DNA of 64,000 nucleotides, taken from assembly GCA_035352895.1 (NCBI GenBank), contig DAOPYN010000013.1:6361-70360 (forward strand). Reading direction: 5' to 3'. Shown piece by piece: positions 11,690 through 22,508 of this stretch; positions within the stretch are counted from its first letter, which is position 1; every line of letters begins with the position of its first letter. Below the pieces are notes generated by a model. It was not told the DNA's origin, did no database searches, and saw nothing but the letters and a program-made list of their open reading frames with translations. This stretch comes from Fibrobacteria bacterium. GTDB taxonomy: Bacteria > Fibrobacterota > Fibrobacteria > UBA5070. Position numbers and translations under genes: made by a program.

Positions 11690-13247
11690 TCTGATGGCCC
11701 TGATGGGCCCGATCCTCCTCCTCGTGGTGGGGGCCTTGGCCACTCTGGTGGCCGAGCCCTTCCTCTCCAAGGAAGACAAGCACACCTTCCTCCCATGGAT
11801 CGGCGTGGCTTTCCTGGCCCTGGCCGGTGTGGTCCTGCACCAGGTGCGTCCCGGCGAATTCGGCGGCATGTTCGCCTTGGATCCCTGGCGTGGCGCCCTG
11901 TTCGGAGCGCTTCTCCTGGTTTCCGCCGTGGGTCTTTCCGCGTTGCAGCGGAACCTGCGCAACGACGACTTCGCCGGTGGCGAGCCGTATGTGCTTCTGC
12001 TCCTGGCCACGGTCGGTATCGGTCTGATGCTGATGGCGACCCACTTCATCGCCCTGTTCATGGGCATGGAGATCGCGAGCCTGGCCATCTATCCGATGGT
12101 GGGCTTCCGGCGCGACCAGGCCGTCTCCAACGAAGCCGTCCTCAAGTATTTCTCGATGGGTGCCGTGTTCTCGGCGGTGTTCCTCATGGGGACAGCCATG
12201 ATCTACGGAGCCACGGGAGGGCTCGGGTTCGCCACGGTGATGCTCGGCTCCCGGGTGGGCATCTACCTGTTGGGATACGCATTGGTCACCGTGGGGCTTC
12301 TGTTCAAGCTGGGCGTGGTTCCCTTCCACTTCTGGAGCCCGGACGCCTATGGCGGCGCCCCCAGCGGTGTGGTCTCCTTCATGGCCGGTGCGGTGAAGAT
12401 CGGAGCGGTGGCGGTGCTCGCCAATCTTTGGAGCTCCCATTTCTTCGGGTTCGCCCTCCATTACACCGGGCAGTCGTTGCCGGGTATCCACTATCCGCCC
12501 CCTCCGATGGGAATCTCCTACCCTCTGCTGGGCGTGGGTGCCTTCCCGGAGAAGGCCATGATCCTACGGGCGTGGCAGTTCGTGTTCGTGTTCGGCGGTG
12601 TGGCGTCGGTGGTGGTGGGGTCGCTCGCCTTGCTGGGGCAGACGTCCGTGCGCCGCATGATGGCCTACTCGGGTGTGGCCAACGCGGGATTCCTCGCCTT
12701 GGCGCTGGGGCTGTTCGTCAAGCACGCCGACGCCCGCTTCGCCCTCTACTACGTGGTCGTTTACGCGCTGGGCACCTCCGGAGTGGTAGCCGCCCTGGCC
12801 GCTCTGTCCGGGCGAGGCGACATCCACGACGATCTTGCGTCCCTGGTCGGCACCGGTCGGCGTCGTCCCTTGGTGGGTTTGGCCCTGACTGTGCTCGTCG
12901 CTTCCGTCGCGGGGCTTCCGTTCACCGCCGGTTTCGTCGCCAAGTTCCAGTTGCTGGCCGCTCTGTTCACGGACGGTCGGATCGGAGTGGAGGCGCTTTC
13001 CCTGATCCTGCCCGCGTCGCTGGCTTCCCAGGCGACCACCCTGTTTCCCGCTCTTCCCGTGTTCGTGCTGCTGTGCGCGCTGATTTCGGTCGCGGGTTAC
13101 TTCCGGTTGGTGGTTGCCATCTGGACCGAGCCGGCGACCGGCGCCAAGGAGGTGGAGAAGGTGCCTGTGCTGCTCTCCATCGTTCTGGTGCTGTGCATGC
13201 TCGCGATCTTCGCCCTGGCCATCCAGCCTCGCGCGATCGGCTTCTAG
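11664..13247 (+). CDS. nuoN: NADH-quinone oxidoreductase subunit N
   Basis: ATG 11664 (alternative 11673) overlaps the nuoM 3' end. Antiporter-like (GVVPFHFWSPDAYGGAPSGVVSFMAGAVKIG). The first 17 codons of the track ORF are rejected. Confidence 0.88.
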   Translation: MLPMLPPVDLMALMGPILLLVVGALATLVAEPFLSKEDKHTFLPWIGVAFLALAGVVLHQVRPGEFGGMFALDPWRGALFGALLLVSAVGLSALQRNLRNDDFAGGEPYVLLLLATVGIGLMLMATHFIALFMGMEIASLAIYPMVGFRRDQAVSNEAVLKYFSMGAVFSAVFLMGTAMIYGATGGLGFATVMLGSRVGIYLLGYALVTVGLLFKLGVVPFHFWSPDAYGGAPSGVVSFMAGAVKIGAVAVLANLWSSHFFGFALHYTGQSLPGIHYPPPPMGISYPLLGVGAFPEKAMILRAWQFVFVFGGVASVVVGSLALLGQTSVRRMMAYSGVANAGFLALALGLFVKHADARFALYYVVVYALGTSGVVAALAALSGRGDIHDDLASLVGTGRRRPLVGLALTVLVASVAGLPFTAGFVAKFQLLAALFTDGRIGVEALSLILPASLASQATTLFPALPVFVLLCALISVAGYFRLVVAIWTEPATGAKEVEKVPVLLSIVLVLCMLAIFALAIQPRAIGF

Positions 13248-13253
13248 CCGCCG

Positions 13254-14255
13254 TCAGAGCTTCTGGCGGCCATCCGGATAGATGGCGGACGCATTGCCGT
13301 CCTGGGTGATCTCCAGGGCGGCGAGGCGAGCCCCGTATGCCTTTCCGATCCCCACGTCGATGCACATGAGCCTGCCGTTGGCCTTGGATAGGATCTTCCC
13401 CGGTGAACGGGGATCGATCAGGAACGTGGGGGTGTGCCCGACCACCATGCGTTCCAGATCCCAATTGCCAAGGGTTTCGTCCAGCTCGATGGACAGGGCC
13501 TGCTCCGACTTGCGCAGCGCGATGCGGTACCAATGGGGACCGTCCTCGGCCAGGGCGGGGTTGCGGGGATCGAGCTCGAAGTAGGGGGACAGTCGGGACA
13601 GCTCGTCGCGAATGCGCTGGTCCAGGTCCTGGGGCTGACCGATGGCGTAGCGGGGATGCAGTCCCCCGTGGACGAAAAGCGTTTTGTCGACGACGAAGAG
13701 GTTGGGACGTCGGACGAGCCAACGTCCCACCATGCCCGTTGGCGCCATGGCCCGCCGGAATTCCAACCACCCCAGAGGCTCCTCCTGCAGACGGGAAATG
13801 TCCAGCATGGCGGCGTTGCGCTGGGGGTCGCCGCCGCCCGGCGAGGGAAGGGAGGCCAGGCTGGACCGGAGTTCGAACTGGTCCAGCTCGGAAGGAGGGG
13901 CGAAATCCCGGTATTCCTCCACGGTGGTGTACGAATGGATGTGGTGCATGGACATGGACTCGTGGTTGCCCAGCACGAACTCCACCCGACCACCGGCCGC
14001 TTCGGCCTCGCGCATCAACCTCCGCAGCCACAGGTAGATCCGCTTGGGGTAGCCTCCGCGTCCGACCACGTCGCCGGTCATGACCAGGGTGGCGTCGCCG
14101 CCGATCCAGGTGCCGCGCCCGTCCAGGAGCTCGGCGATGCGCAGGATCCGGATCCAACCATCGAAATTGCCGTGGATGTCGCCCACCGCAACCAGGCGGC
14201 TCGCGGGGCGATGATAGCAGTTGGACGACGGTTGCATCGTGGTCCAGTCTCCCAT
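13254..14255 (-). CDS. PPP-family (calcineurin-like) metallophosphatase, probable Ser/Thr phosphatase
   Basis: In the track ORF 13254-14657 frame. The three PPP signature motifs occur in order: GDIHG, GDVVGRG, GNHE. Start chosen at Met 14255 (14237 and 14294 are also possible), because a longer N-terminus would overlap the diverging argA. Confidence 0.75.
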   Translation of the reverse strand: MGDWTTMQPSSNCYHRPASRLVAVGDIHGNFDGWIRILRIAELLDGRGTWIGGDATLVMTGDVVGRGGYPKRIYLWLRRLMREAEAAGGRVEFVLGNHESMSMHHIHSYTTVEEYRDFAPPSELDQFELRSSLASLPSPGGGDPQRNAAMLDISRLQEEPLGWLEFRRAMAPTGMVGRWLVRRPNLFVVDKTLFVHGGLHPRYAIGQPQDLDQRIRDELSRLSPYFELDPRNPALAEDGPHWYRIALRKSEQALSIELDETLGNWDLERMVVGHTPTFLIDPRSPGKILSKANGRLMCIDVGIGKAYGARLAALEITQDGNASAIYPDGRQKL

Positions 14256-14286
14256 TTTGGGTGTGGGGAATGCAATTTCCTGCTCG

Positions 14287-15630
14287 ATGCCCATGGAACT
14301 CCACGAAACAGAAGCCGTTCCCGCCCTCCGCGAAGCGTTGGGGTATGTCGCCCGCCATCGCGGAGAGGTCTTCGTGATCAAGCTGGAAAGCGGGCTGGTG
14401 GAAGCCTCCGTGTTCCCGAGCCTGATGAGGGACATCGCCTCCCTGCACCGCATGGGCATCCGGGTGGTGGTCGTTCCTGGCAGTCGTCGCCAGATCGATG
14501 CGATGCTTCGCACCTGGGGGGTGGAATCGCCGATGTCCGGCGAAGTGCGTGTGACCACGGAGGAGGCGATGCCCTTCGTCACCTTGGCCGCCTTCGACGT
14601 CTGCAACCGGATCATGACCCACTTGGCCGAATCCGGCGCCAACGCATTGATCGGCAACTGGGTGAAAGCCAGGGGGTTGGGTGTGCTGGGAGGCGTGGAC
14701 TACATCCTCACCGGCAGCGTGCAGAGCCTCCGCACGGAGATCCTGCGGCAACTCATGGGGCAGGAGTTCGTGCCCATCGTCCCCAACATCGGCTGGAATT
14801 CGGCGGGACGCCCCTACAACGTGAGTTCCACCCAGCTGGCCATGGAGCTGGCCGTCCAACTGGGGGCCTCCAAGCTGTTCTTCCTTTGCGACGAGACGCC
14901 CGAGGTCGGGCCCGACCTCGTTCTTCCGCAGGACGTGGAGCGTTCCGAAGGGGGCATGCTGTCCAGCCTGAACCTCGGACAAGCCGAGGAATTCCTTTCC
15001 ACGAATGCACGGAAGATCGGCCAACCCTACCGCGACTACCTCCATCGCGCTTTGGAAGCCTGCCGCAAGGGGGTACGGCGCACGCACATCCTGGATGGCC
15101 AGGAGGACGGGGCGCTCCTGCGCGAGATCTTCAGCCAGGATGGCCAAGGCACCATGGTGTTCGCCAACGAATACGACCATATCCGCCGCGCGGAAGTACG
15201 CGACGTTCCCGACATCCTGCGCATCCAGGAGCCCTACGTGGCCCAGGGAGTGCTCCTGCCCCGCACGGCCGAACAGATCGAAGCGCGGATCGGCGACTAC
15301 GTGGTCCACGAGGCCGACGGTTTCATCCAGGGCAGCGCGGCTCTCCATCCGTTCCCGGATGGATCGGCGGAAGTGGCCGCCGTGGCGGTCGCGGAGCACG
15401 TTCGGCGGTTCGGGGTGGGGCGCAAGATCGTTCAGTTCCTGTTGCAGAAGGCTGTCCGCATGGGCTACGACAAGGTCTTCCTGCTCACCACCCAGACGTC
15501 CGACTGGTTCGCCGAACTCGGCTTCGAACGCGGAGATCTTTCCGATCTTCCCGCCGACAAGGCATCCACATACGATTTGCGCCGGCGAAGTCTGGTTTTT
15601 GTCAGGACCATCCGGAGATCCGGAACCTAG
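14287..15630 (+). CDS. argA: N-acetylglutamate synthase (amino-acid kinase domain plus GNAT domain)
   Basis: N-terminal kinase fold (GEVFVIKLESG, VVVVPGS, IVPNIGWN) plus a C-terminal GNAT domain (GVGRKIVQFLLQKAVRMGYDKVFLLT). ATG 14287 or 14293. Confidence 0.8.
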   Translation: MPMELHETEAVPALREALGYVARHRGEVFVIKLESGLVEASVFPSLMRDIASLHRMGIRVVVVPGSRRQIDAMLRTWGVESPMSGEVRVTTEEAMPFVTLAAFDVCNRIMTHLAESGANALIGNWVKARGLGVLGGVDYILTGSVQSLRTEILRQLMGQEFVPIVPNIGWNSAGRPYNVSSTQLAMELAVQLGASKLFFLCDETPEVGPDLVLPQDVERSEGGMLSSLNLGQAEEFLSTNARKIGQPYRDYLHRALEACRKGVRRTHILDGQEDGALLREIFSQDGQGTMVFANEYDHIRRAEVRDVPDILRIQEPYVAQGVLLPRTAEQIEARIGDYVVHEADGFIQGSAALHPFPDGSAEVAAVAVAEHVRRFGVGRKIVQFLLQKAVRMGYDKVFLLTTQTSDWFAELGFERGDLSDLPADKASTYDLRRRSLVFVRTIRRSGT

Positions 15631-15674
15631 AGGCCCCGCCCGGGGGAGTGGTTTCCGTGTCTTCGCGGAGTTCT

Positions 15675-15704
15675 TTGGACGTTCACGTTGTGAATTACTA
15701 GAAT
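15675..15704 (+). promoter_or_regulatory. sigma70-like promoter candidate for the rimP-nusA-infB operon
   Basis: TTGGAC (15675-15680), 18-nt spacer, TAGAAT (15699-15704), in an AT-richer patch about 100 nt upstream of rimP. Confidence 0.4.
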
Positions 15705-15801
15705 TTCCGCTTCGCTCCCAATCACCCCTCCGGTTGGAGGGGGGCTTCACAAGGGGTTTGTCCTGGATCGGAAAGACCGTCTGCTCGCTTGCTCCCGCGA
15801 A

Positions 15802-16227
15802 GTGGCCGAAGCCTGCGGGCTCGAGCTTGTCGATGTCGAGCTCTTCCGTGCCGGACGCAGGGAGGTGCTGCGCATCTACCTGCACAAACCCGGCGGGGTC
15901 ACCTTGGACGAATGCTCCCAGGTCAGCCACCAACTTTCCAGCCTTCTCGAGAACGATGAATCCTTCCAGACGCCATACACCCTCGAGGTCTCCTCTCCCG
16001 GCCTGGATCGTCCGCTCAAGACGCCCCGAGACTGGGCGCGTCGGGTCGGCGAGTGGGTGCGTGTGCATCTTTCGGAGGACGTGGAAGGACGCAAGCAATG
16101 GGTTGGTCGCCTCGTCGAAGCCGACGAGACATCCGCCCTCTTGTCGCCCGAAGAAGGTAGCCCAGACGTCCGCATCCCTTTCCGTACGGTCCAGTTGGCC
16201 CGTGTCGATGTCCGATTCGAGGATTGA
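15802..16227 (+). CDS. rimP: Ribosome maturation factor RimP
   Basis: GLELVDVELFRAGRREVLRIYL...YTLEVSSPGLDRPLK is the RimP signature. Lies directly upstream of nusA. Confidence 0.88.
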   Translation: MAEACGLELVDVELFRAGRREVLRIYLHKPGGVTLDECSQVSHQLSSLLENDESFQTPYTLEVSSPGLDRPLKTPRDWARRVGEWVRVHLSEDVEGRKQWVGRLVEADETSALLSPEEGSPDVRIPFRTVQLARVDVRFED

Positions 16228-16229
16228 AA

Positions 16230-17450
16230 ATGTCTAGAACCGCCGCAAAGGACCCAGAGGTCAACATCGTCGAGGCTCTTGGCCAAGTCGCCAAGGAAAA
16301 GAACATCGGCATGGATGTGGTCCTGAGCACCTTGCGCTCGTCGCTGGTGCAGGCCGCACGCAAGTACACGGGCATCCAGAAGAACATCGAGGTGGACGTG
16401 GAGCGCGAACGCGGCTCCATCCGCGCCTTCCTGCGGGTGGAGGTGGTGGACGACCTTCCCGACCTCCCCGATGGGATCAGCGCCGAGGACGCCATGGTGT
16501 TCGACGAGAAGTACATGCTCCTCGACGAGGCGCGCGAGTATCGCCCCACCATCCAGGTCGGCGAGACCCTCGAGCACGAGATCCCCATCGCGGGATTCGG
16601 TCGCGCCGCGATCGCCATCGCCAAGCAGAGCCTCACCCAGCGTGTGCGCGAGGTGGAACGCCAGCGTGTGTTCGACGACTACCGCGATCGCATCGGGACC
16701 ATTGTGACAGGAACTGTCCAGCAGGTGGATCGAGGCGACATCCTCGTGAACCTCGGGCGCACCGAGGCCATCGTGCCCCTGCGCGAGCAGATCCGCAAGG
16801 AGCGCTACCGCCAGGGCGACAGCATCCGCGCCTACATCTGCGACGTGTCCAACAACGCCAAGGGTCCCCAGGTGATCCTGTCCCGCACCCATCCGGAATT
16901 CCTGGCCAAGCTCTTCGAGCTGGAAGTGCCCGAGATCTACGACGAGATCGTGGGAATCCGCGCCGTGGCGCGCGATCCGGGCTTCCGCGCCAAGATCAGC
17001 GTGTCCAGCCGCGACGAACGGATCGATCCGGTGGGCGCCTGCGTGGGCATGAAGGGCAACCGCGTGCAGGCCATCGTGCGCGAGCTGTCCAACGAGCGCA
17101 TCGACATCATCCATTTCACCGAGGACATGCAGGTCTACGTGCGTCGGCTCTTCGCCCCCGCCGAGGTTCGCAAGGTGCTCGAGGTGGGATCCGACCGCTA
17201 CGTGGTGGTCGTGGCCAACGAGGATCTTTCCCTGGCCATCGGACGACAAGGCCAGAACGTGAAACTGGCCACCAAGCTCCTGGGCAAGGAGCTCGACGTC
17301 TTCGGAGAGGACGAATTCGGCGAATTGCCCGAGGCCGAGCGCCGTGCCATCCTGGGCGAGCCCGAACTCGCCGAGGAGTCCGCCTCCGAGACAGCAACCG
17401 AAACCGCCACCGAGCCGGTGGCCGGGGAAGAGGCGCCCGCCGCTTCCTGA
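16230..17450 (+). CDS. nusA: Transcription termination/antitermination factor NusA
   Basis: ATG 16230 (TTG 16224 also in frame). N-terminal domain, S1 and KH regions are recognisable (GTIVTGTVQQVDRGDILVNLG, GACVGMKGNRVQAIVREL, AIGRQGQNVKLATKLLG). Confidence 0.93.
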   Translation: MSRTAAKDPEVNIVEALGQVAKEKNIGMDVVLSTLRSSLVQAARKYTGIQKNIEVDVERERGSIRAFLRVEVVDDLPDLPDGISAEDAMVFDEKYMLLDEAREYRPTIQVGETLEHEIPIAGFGRAAIAIAKQSLTQRVREVERQRVFDDYRDRIGTIVTGTVQQVDRGDILVNLGRTEAIVPLREQIRKERYRQGDSIRAYICDVSNNAKGPQVILSRTHPEFLAKLFELEVPEIYDEIVGIRAVARDPGFRAKISVSSRDERIDPVGACVGMKGNRVQAIVRELSNERIDIIHFTEDMQVYVRRLFAPAEVRKVLEVGSDRYVVVVANEDLSLAIGRQGQNVKLATKLLGKELDVFGEDEFGELPEAERRAILGEPELAEESASETATETATEPVAGEEAPAAS

Positions 17451-17512
17451 GCGGACGGCACGCCAACAGGATTTGTTCAGACAAGAGACGCAATCACCGA
17501 GAGTGAGGCTTC

Positions 17513-20500
17513 GTGAGTAAGACCCGAATCACCGATGTCGCGACCGAGTTCGAGATCGCCAAGGAATCCGTCCTCAAGCACTTGAAGGATGCTGGATTCG
17601 AGGTGCGCTCGGTCCTTTCGCCCATCGAGAGCGACTGGGTGGACAAGATCCGCCCCGCTTTGGAGAATGAGCGCGCCAAGTCCGGCAAGCCCCGGGCTAA
17701 GAAGGCCGCGCCCAAGAAGAAGGCGGAAGGCGAGGTCGAAACCGAGAAGCCCAAGAAGGCCGCGCCCAAGAAGAAGGCGGAAGGCGAACACGAGTCGGCA
17801 CGCTCCGCAACTCCTGTCGCACCCGTTTCCGAAAAGCCAGCTCCGGTCCCTCCGCCGGTTGCCGCACCTGTGCCGGTACCTGCACCCGCACCTGTGCCTC
17901 CTCGGGTCGAGGTCGCTGCAGCTCCCGATGCCTCCGTTGCTGCTGCGCCCAAGCCGGCTCCAAAGCCCGAGCCTGCGAGCGAATCCGTCGCTCCTGCGAC
18001 CGCTCCCGCTCCGACGGCACCTCCGGTCGCTCCTGCGCCCGAGGCGGCGCCTGTCACGCCCATCATGCTGACTGCTCCGGTCCGTCGCCAGCCGTCCTTC
18101 AATCCGGATCGTCCGGATCGTCCGCGCGCACCGGCCAGCACCTACCAGCCCACGCCTCGCGGCATCACCGGCGGCCCCCGCCCCGGCTTCAACGCCGCGG
18201 ACAAGGGAGCGGCGGCCCCCGGCGCGGCATCCCGCGAGCAGCCTCGCGATCCTCGTCCAGGAGACCGGACTCCCGTTTCCCGGGACGGTCGTACCGATAC
18301 ACGCGGACCTGGCGGACCTCGTCCGGATCGCGGTGGCGCGCCCAACCAAGCGGGTGGCCCCAGGCCGGATCGCGGCGTTTCGGTGGGCGGGAACCGCCCC
18401 GACGGTCGTGGACCTGGCGGACCCGGTGGTCCTGGCCAGGGACGTGCGCCCTATGGCGGTGGCCAAGGCGGTCAAGGTGGGTATCGCTCCGGAGCGCCTG
18501 GACAGGGTGGGGCTCCCGGTCCCTACCGGAATTCGCCTCCTTCCACCAACCCCTACCGCCCCAATGGCCCTGGAGGCCCGCGCCCGGGATTCGGTCAAGG
18601 CCCCGGTGCCGGACCTGGAGGTCCGGGTCGAGGCGGTTTCGGTGCACCCGCGGGAGGTCCTCCGGGCGCGACGGGATCGTTGCAGCCTGGACAGCAGGCC
18701 GGTGCCTTCGGTGCACCCGCAGGCAAGGGTTCCGCCGGTCGCAAGCGCAAGACCAAGGAACAGATCGAGACCGAGATCTTCTACCAGACCCAGCAGAATG
18801 TCAACAAGGTGATGGTTTCGCTGGATCGAGGCAAGATCCAGCGGCGCTACGCACGTGGCGGCGGCGGTCAGATGGTCGAGAGCCCCGATGACAAGATGAC
18901 GCTCAAGGTGGCCGAATTCATCACCATCGCCGAACTGGCCAACCTTCTGAACGTGGCGCCGGCGCAGGTGATCGCCAAGGCCATGGGCATGGGATTGATG
19001 GTGACCATCAACGCCCGCCTGGACCACGAGACCATCGCGATCATCGCCGACGAGTTCGGGTACCAGGCCCAGCTGATGGACGAGTATGCCGAGGACGTCG
19101 CCGAAAGCCAGGAATTGATCGGCGATCCGGAGGCGGAGTCGGTTCGTCCGCCCATCGTCACGGTCATGGGCCACGTCGACCATGGCAAGACCTCGCTTCT
19201 GGACTACCTGCGCAAGACCCACGTGATGACCGGCGAAGCGGGTGGCATCACCCAGCACATCGGTGCCTACGAAGTGGACACCGGCCACGGTTGCGTGACC
19301 TTCCTGGACACTCCCGGCCACGAGGCGTTCTCCGCCATGCGTGCCCGCGGCGCCAAGGTCACCGACATCGTGGTCCTGGTTGTGGCTGCAGACTCCAACG
19401 TCATGCCGCAGACCAAGGAAGCCATCGACCACGCCCGTGCGGCCAACGTGCCCATCGTCGTGGCGATCAACAAGATCGACCTTCCCGCCGCCAACCCCGA
19501 CAACGTCCGCGCCCAGCTGGGTGCCTACGGCGTCGAGGTGGAGCAGTGGGGTGGAAAGGTGCAGTGCGTCGAGATCTCCGCCAAGAAGGGGATCAACATG
19601 GACAAGCTCCTGGATTCGCTTCTGATCGAGGCGGAAATGCTCGGTCTGCGGGCCAATCCCACCGTGCGCGCCAAGGGCACCGTGATCGAATCCCGCCTGG
19701 ACAAGGGCAAGGGTTCCATCGCCACCATCCTGGTGCAGGAAGGAACGCTCCGCGTGGGCGACGCCATCCTGGTGGGATCGTATGCGGGCAAGATCCGTCA
19801 GCTCATGGACGAACGCGGCCAGCCTCGCCACGATGCGGGACCCTCCGTCCCCTGCCAGATCCTGGGCATCGACGGCGTTCCCCAGGCGGGCGACTCGGTC
19901 ATCCAGATGGACGACGAGCGCGAAGCCCGCGAGATCGCGGGCCGCCGCCTGCGCGCCCAGAAGGAGCGCGAACTGCGTCGCGCCCAGCGCATGTCCCTGG
20001 AGGATCTCTCCAACAAGATCGCCGCAGGCGATTCCCAGCAGACCCTCAAGGTCATCGTCAAGGGCGACGTGGACGGATCCGTGGAGGCGATCGCCGCCTC
20101 GCTGGAGCAGCTGTCCACCAAGGAAGTGCGCGTGCAGATCCTGTCGCGAGCGGTGGGTGGCATCAAGGAAGCGGACGTCATGCTGGCTGCCGCATCCGAC
20201 GCCATCATCGTCGCCTTCCACGTGCGTCCCGACGCCAACACCCGCGAGCTCGCCAGCCGCGAGGGCGTGGAGATCCGTTCCTACCGGATCATCTACGAGG
20301 TGGTCGACGACATCCGCAAGGCCATGGAAGGCATGCTCAAGCCGGAGATCAAGGAAGAGGTCGCCGCCGAAGCCGAGGTCCGCGCGATTTTCCGCGTGCC
20401 TCGCCAAGGTGCGATCGCCGGTTGCTACGTGCAGTCGGGCACCATCGAGCGCAAGCTCAAGGCCCGCGTGTACCGCAACGGCGTGGAGATCGCCGAATCC

Positions 20501-20665
20501 AAGGTCAGCACGCTCAAGCGGTTCAAGGACGACGTGTCGGAGGTCAAGTCCGGCTACGAGTGCGGTGTGGGCCTGGACGGGGTCGATGACTACCAGGAAG
20601 GCGACATCATCGCGTTCTTCCGCCAGTTCGAGGTGGCGCGCAAGCTTTCGGACACCAAGGCGTGA
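17513..20665 (+). CDS. infB: Translation initiation factor IF-2 (1050 aa, long low-complexity N-terminal region)
   Basis: GTG start. G-domain motifs [18 protein letters not shown]. About 350 aa of K/A/P/G-rich low complexity precede the G domain. Confidence 0.96.
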   Translation: MSKTRITDVATEFEIAKESVLKHLKDAGFEVRSVLSPIESDWVDKIRPALENERAKSGKPRAKKAAPKKKAEGEVETEKPKKAAPKKKAEGEHESARSATPVAPVSEKPAPVPPPVAAPVPVPAPAPVPPRVEVAAAPDASVAAAPKPAPKPEPASESVAPATAPAPTAPPVAPAPEAAPVTPIMLTAPVRRQPSFNPDRPDRPRAPASTYQPTPRGITGGPRPGFNAADKGAAAPGAASREQPRDPRPGDRTPVSRDGRTDTRGPGGPRPDRGGAPNQAGGPRPDRGVSVGGNRPDGRGPGGPGGPGQGRAPYGGGQGGQGGYRSGAPGQGGAPGPYRNSPPSTNPYRPNGPGGPRPGFGQGPGAGPGGPGRGGFGAPAGGPPGATGSLQPGQQAGAFGAPAGKGSAGRKRKTKEQIETEIFYQTQQNVNKVMVSLDRGKIQRRYARGGGGQMVESPDDKMTLKVAEFITIAELANLLNVAPAQVIAKAMGMGLMVTINARLDHETIAIIADEFGYQAQLMDEYAEDVAESQELIGDPEAESVRPPIVTVMGHVDHGKTSLLDYLRKTHVMTGEAGGITQHIGAYEVDTGHGCVTFLDTPGHEAFSAMRARGAKVTDIVVLVVAADSNVMPQTKEAIDHARAANVPIVVAINKIDLPAANPDNVRAQLGAYGVEVEQWGGKVQCVEISAKKGINMDKLLDSLLIEAEMLGLRANPTVRAKGTVIESRLDKGKGSIATILVQEGTLRVGDAILVGSYAGKIRQLMDERGQPRHDAGPSVPCQILGIDGVPQAGDSVIQMDDEREAREIAGRRLRAQKERELRRAQRMSLEDLSNKIAAGDSQQTLKVIVKGDVDGSVEAIAASLEQLSTKEVRVQILSRAVGGIKEADVMLAAASDAIIVAFHVRPDANTRELASREGVEIRSYRIIYEVVDDIRKAMEGMLKPEIKEEVAAEAEVRAIFRVPRQGAIAGCYVQSGTIERKLKARVYRNGVEIAESKVSTLKRFKDDVSEVKSGYECGVGLDGVDDYQEGDIIAFFRQFEVARKLSDTKA
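17699..17787 (+). repeat. 35-nt perfect direct repeat inside infB (period 54 nt)
   Basis: AAGAAGGCCGCGCCCAAGAAGAAGGCGGAAGGCGA occurs at 17699-17733 and 17753-17787, encoding [12 protein letters not shown] twice. Confidence 0.9.
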
Positions 20666-21066
20666 GGGGTCGACCCTCCCGTGGCGGCGGAAGCCGCACG
20701 GCGTCCGTGGGCGAGCAGATCCGCAGGGAACTCTCCCAGCTCTTCCTGGAAGGGTTGAAGGACCCGCGGATCGCCTTCGTCACCGTCTCCACCGTGAACG
20801 TGACTTCGGACCTTAGCCTGGCCACGGTCAACTACACCGTGCTGGGTTCGGAGAAGGAGATCCGCGACACGGAGGTGGGGCTGCAGCAGTCCGCCGGCTG
20901 GCTCCGCAAGGAGCTCGCTCATCGCCTGAAGCTGCGGCACATGCCGCAGCTGCGGTTCTACCTGGACCACAACCTGGAGAACTCCTTCCACATCCAGAGC
21001 TTGCTCACCAAGCTTCCGGAAGAGGATCGCAAACCCTTGGATCCCTCGGAGCTGCCTCCTTCGTGA
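20662..21066 (+). CDS. rbfA: Ribosome-binding factor A
   Basis: GTG overlaps the infB stop (GTGA). Motifs: VGEQIRRELSQLF, DPRIAFVTVSTVNVTSDLSLATV, P.LRF. Confidence 0.9.
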   Translation: MRGRPSRGGGSRTASVGEQIRRELSQLFLEGLKDPRIAFVTVSTVNVTSDLSLATVNYTVLGSEKEIRDTEVGLQQSAGWLRKELAHRLKLRHMPQLRFYLDHNLENSFHIQSLLTKLPEEDRKPLDPSELPPS

Positions 21067-21094
21067 GGATGGAGGCTCCGGGAGCCGACGGGCC

Positions 21095-21994
21095 ATGAGC
21101 GCCACGGGTTTTCTTCTCCTGGACAAGCCCAAGGGCCGCTCGTCCCAGCAGGCGCTGTCTCCGGTCAAGCGTCTGCTCGGGGAGCGCCGTGTGGGGCATG
21201 CGGGAACCTTGGATCCGCTGGCCACGGGACTTCTCGTGGTGGCAGCGGGGAAGGCCACGCGGCTCCTGTCGCGCATCGAAGGCCAGGACAAGGAATACCT
21301 GGTCAGCCTGCGTCCCGGAGTCCGCACGGATTCCCTGGACACGGATGGACGGATCCTGTCCCAAACGCCCGCCTCCTGGGACGGCGCGGACTGGGCGGAC
21401 CTGTTGGGCGGACTCCTGGGCGAGGTCGACCAGGTGCCACCCGCCTTTTCCGCGATCTCGGTGGACGGCGTGCGTTCCTACGAACGCGCCCGCAAGGGCC
21501 AGGAAGTGGTGCTCCCCGCGCGTCGGGTGCGGATCGATTCCTGCGTGCCGGTTCCGGGGGTCTCTCCACTGGAGGGATTCGGCCATCTACCGGGCGATGT
21601 CACCTTGCGGATCCGCTGTTCCAAGGGAACCTACGTGCGGAGCCTGGTGCGGGACATCGGCGAAAGGGCGGGATTCGGAGCCTGCGTGAGCGCCTTGCGG
21701 CGCACGGCGATCGGGCCTTGGCGTCTTCCCGACACCCCTCCCATCGACGAGATGGTCCCCGAACTCCTGCAGGTGCCTGAGGTGTTTTCCGAATGGCCGC
21801 GCTTTCCGGTGGCCTCGACGGATCTGGCCAAGTTGTCCAACGGAAACCCGGTTGCTTCTCCGCTGCCCGACCATCCGGATGTCCTTTGCATGGACGGGGA
21901 GGGGAGAGCGATCGCCTGGGGAACGGTGCGGGAGGGCATTTTCCGCACCGAAGCCCTGCTGGTCGATCAGATCCTGGCCAAGGCGGCGTCGTAG
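21095..21994 (+). CDS. truB: tRNA pseudouridine(55) synthase TruB
   Basis: [13 protein letters not shown] and [15 protein letters not shown] (catalytic Asp motif). Expected position after rbfA. Confidence 0.93.
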   Translation: MSATGFLLLDKPKGRSSQQALSPVKRLLGERRVGHAGTLDPLATGLLVVAAGKATRLLSRIEGQDKEYLVSLRPGVRTDSLDTDGRILSQTPASWDGADWADLLGGLLGEVDQVPPAFSAISVDGVRSYERARKGQEVVLPARRVRIDSCVPVPGVSPLEGFGHLPGDVTLRIRCSKGTYVRSLVRDIGERAGFGACVSALRRTAIGPWRLPDTPPIDEMVPELLQVPEVFSEWPRFPVASTDLAKLSNGNPVASPLPDHPDVLCMDGEGRAIAWGTVREGIFRTEALLVDQILAKAAS

Positions 21995-22464
21995 TCGGGC
22001 TCGTCGACGGTTTCCGGTACCTGCTGGGTGTAGACCACCTTTCCGGATTCGTCGAGGATCACGATGGATCGCGCGCAGAGGCCCTTGAGGGGAGAGTCGA
22101 CGATCTGGACGCCGTAGGCCTTCTCGAATTCGGTGTCGCGGAAGGCGGAAGCGGTGACCACGTTCGCCAGCCCCTCCGCACCGCAGAAGCGCTTGGCCGC
22201 GAAGGGCAGGTCCTTGGAAACGCACAGGACAACGGTGTTGGCGAGCGACGAGGCCTTCTGGTTGAACTTGCGCACGGAGGTGGCGCAGGTGTCCGTGTCG
22301 ATCGAAGGGAAGATGTTGATCACGACCTTCTTGCCGGCGAGGTCGGCGAGGCTCACCTCGGAGAGGTCCTGCTTGACCAGCCGGAAGTTCGGAGCCTTGG
22401 ATCCGATGGTGGGGAGTTCGCCCGAGGTGTGGACGGGGTTGCCTTTGAGGGTGATCGTGGCCAT
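21967..22464 (-). CDS. tpx: Thiol peroxidase (atypical 2-Cys peroxiredoxin Tpx)
   Basis: 165 aa with [17 protein letters not shown] and [14 protein letters not shown] motifs. Its 3' end overlaps the truB 3' end by 28 nt. Confidence 0.92.
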   Translation of the reverse strand: MATITLKGNPVHTSGELPTIGSKAPNFRLVKQDLSEVSLADLAGKKVVINIFPSIDTDTCATSVRKFNQKASSLANTVVLCVSKDLPFAAKRFCGAEGLANVVTASAFRDTEFEKAYGVQIVDSPLKGLCARSIVILDESGKVVYTQQVPETVDEPDYDAALARI

Positions 22465-22487
22465 TGGATGTTCCTTGCTGAATAGAG

Positions 22488-22508
22488 ATCGAGACTCGAT
22501 TTGAGTCT
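22488..22508. promoter_or_regulatory. Overlapping palindromes (operator-like) in the tpx / 22572-gene divergent intergenic region
   Basis: ATCGAG-A-CTCGAT at 22488-22500 and AGACTC-GATTT-GAGTCT at 22492-22508, 24-45 nt upstream of the tpx ATG in an AT-richer patch. Confidence 0.35.

Noticed and set aside
12967-16098. 1043-aa minus-strand ORF spanning the nuoN 3' end, the phosphatase, argA and rimP
   Set aside because: The product is Arg/Pro/Gly-rich nonsense. It lies antisense or out of frame to genes with clear family motifs. This is the typical GC3-driven open antisense frame of a high-GC genome.
17477-20407. 976-aa minus-strand ORF antisense to infB
   Set aside because: infB on the plus strand has unambiguous G-domain motifs. 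The antisense product is low-complexity (R/G/D/H-rich) with no motifs.
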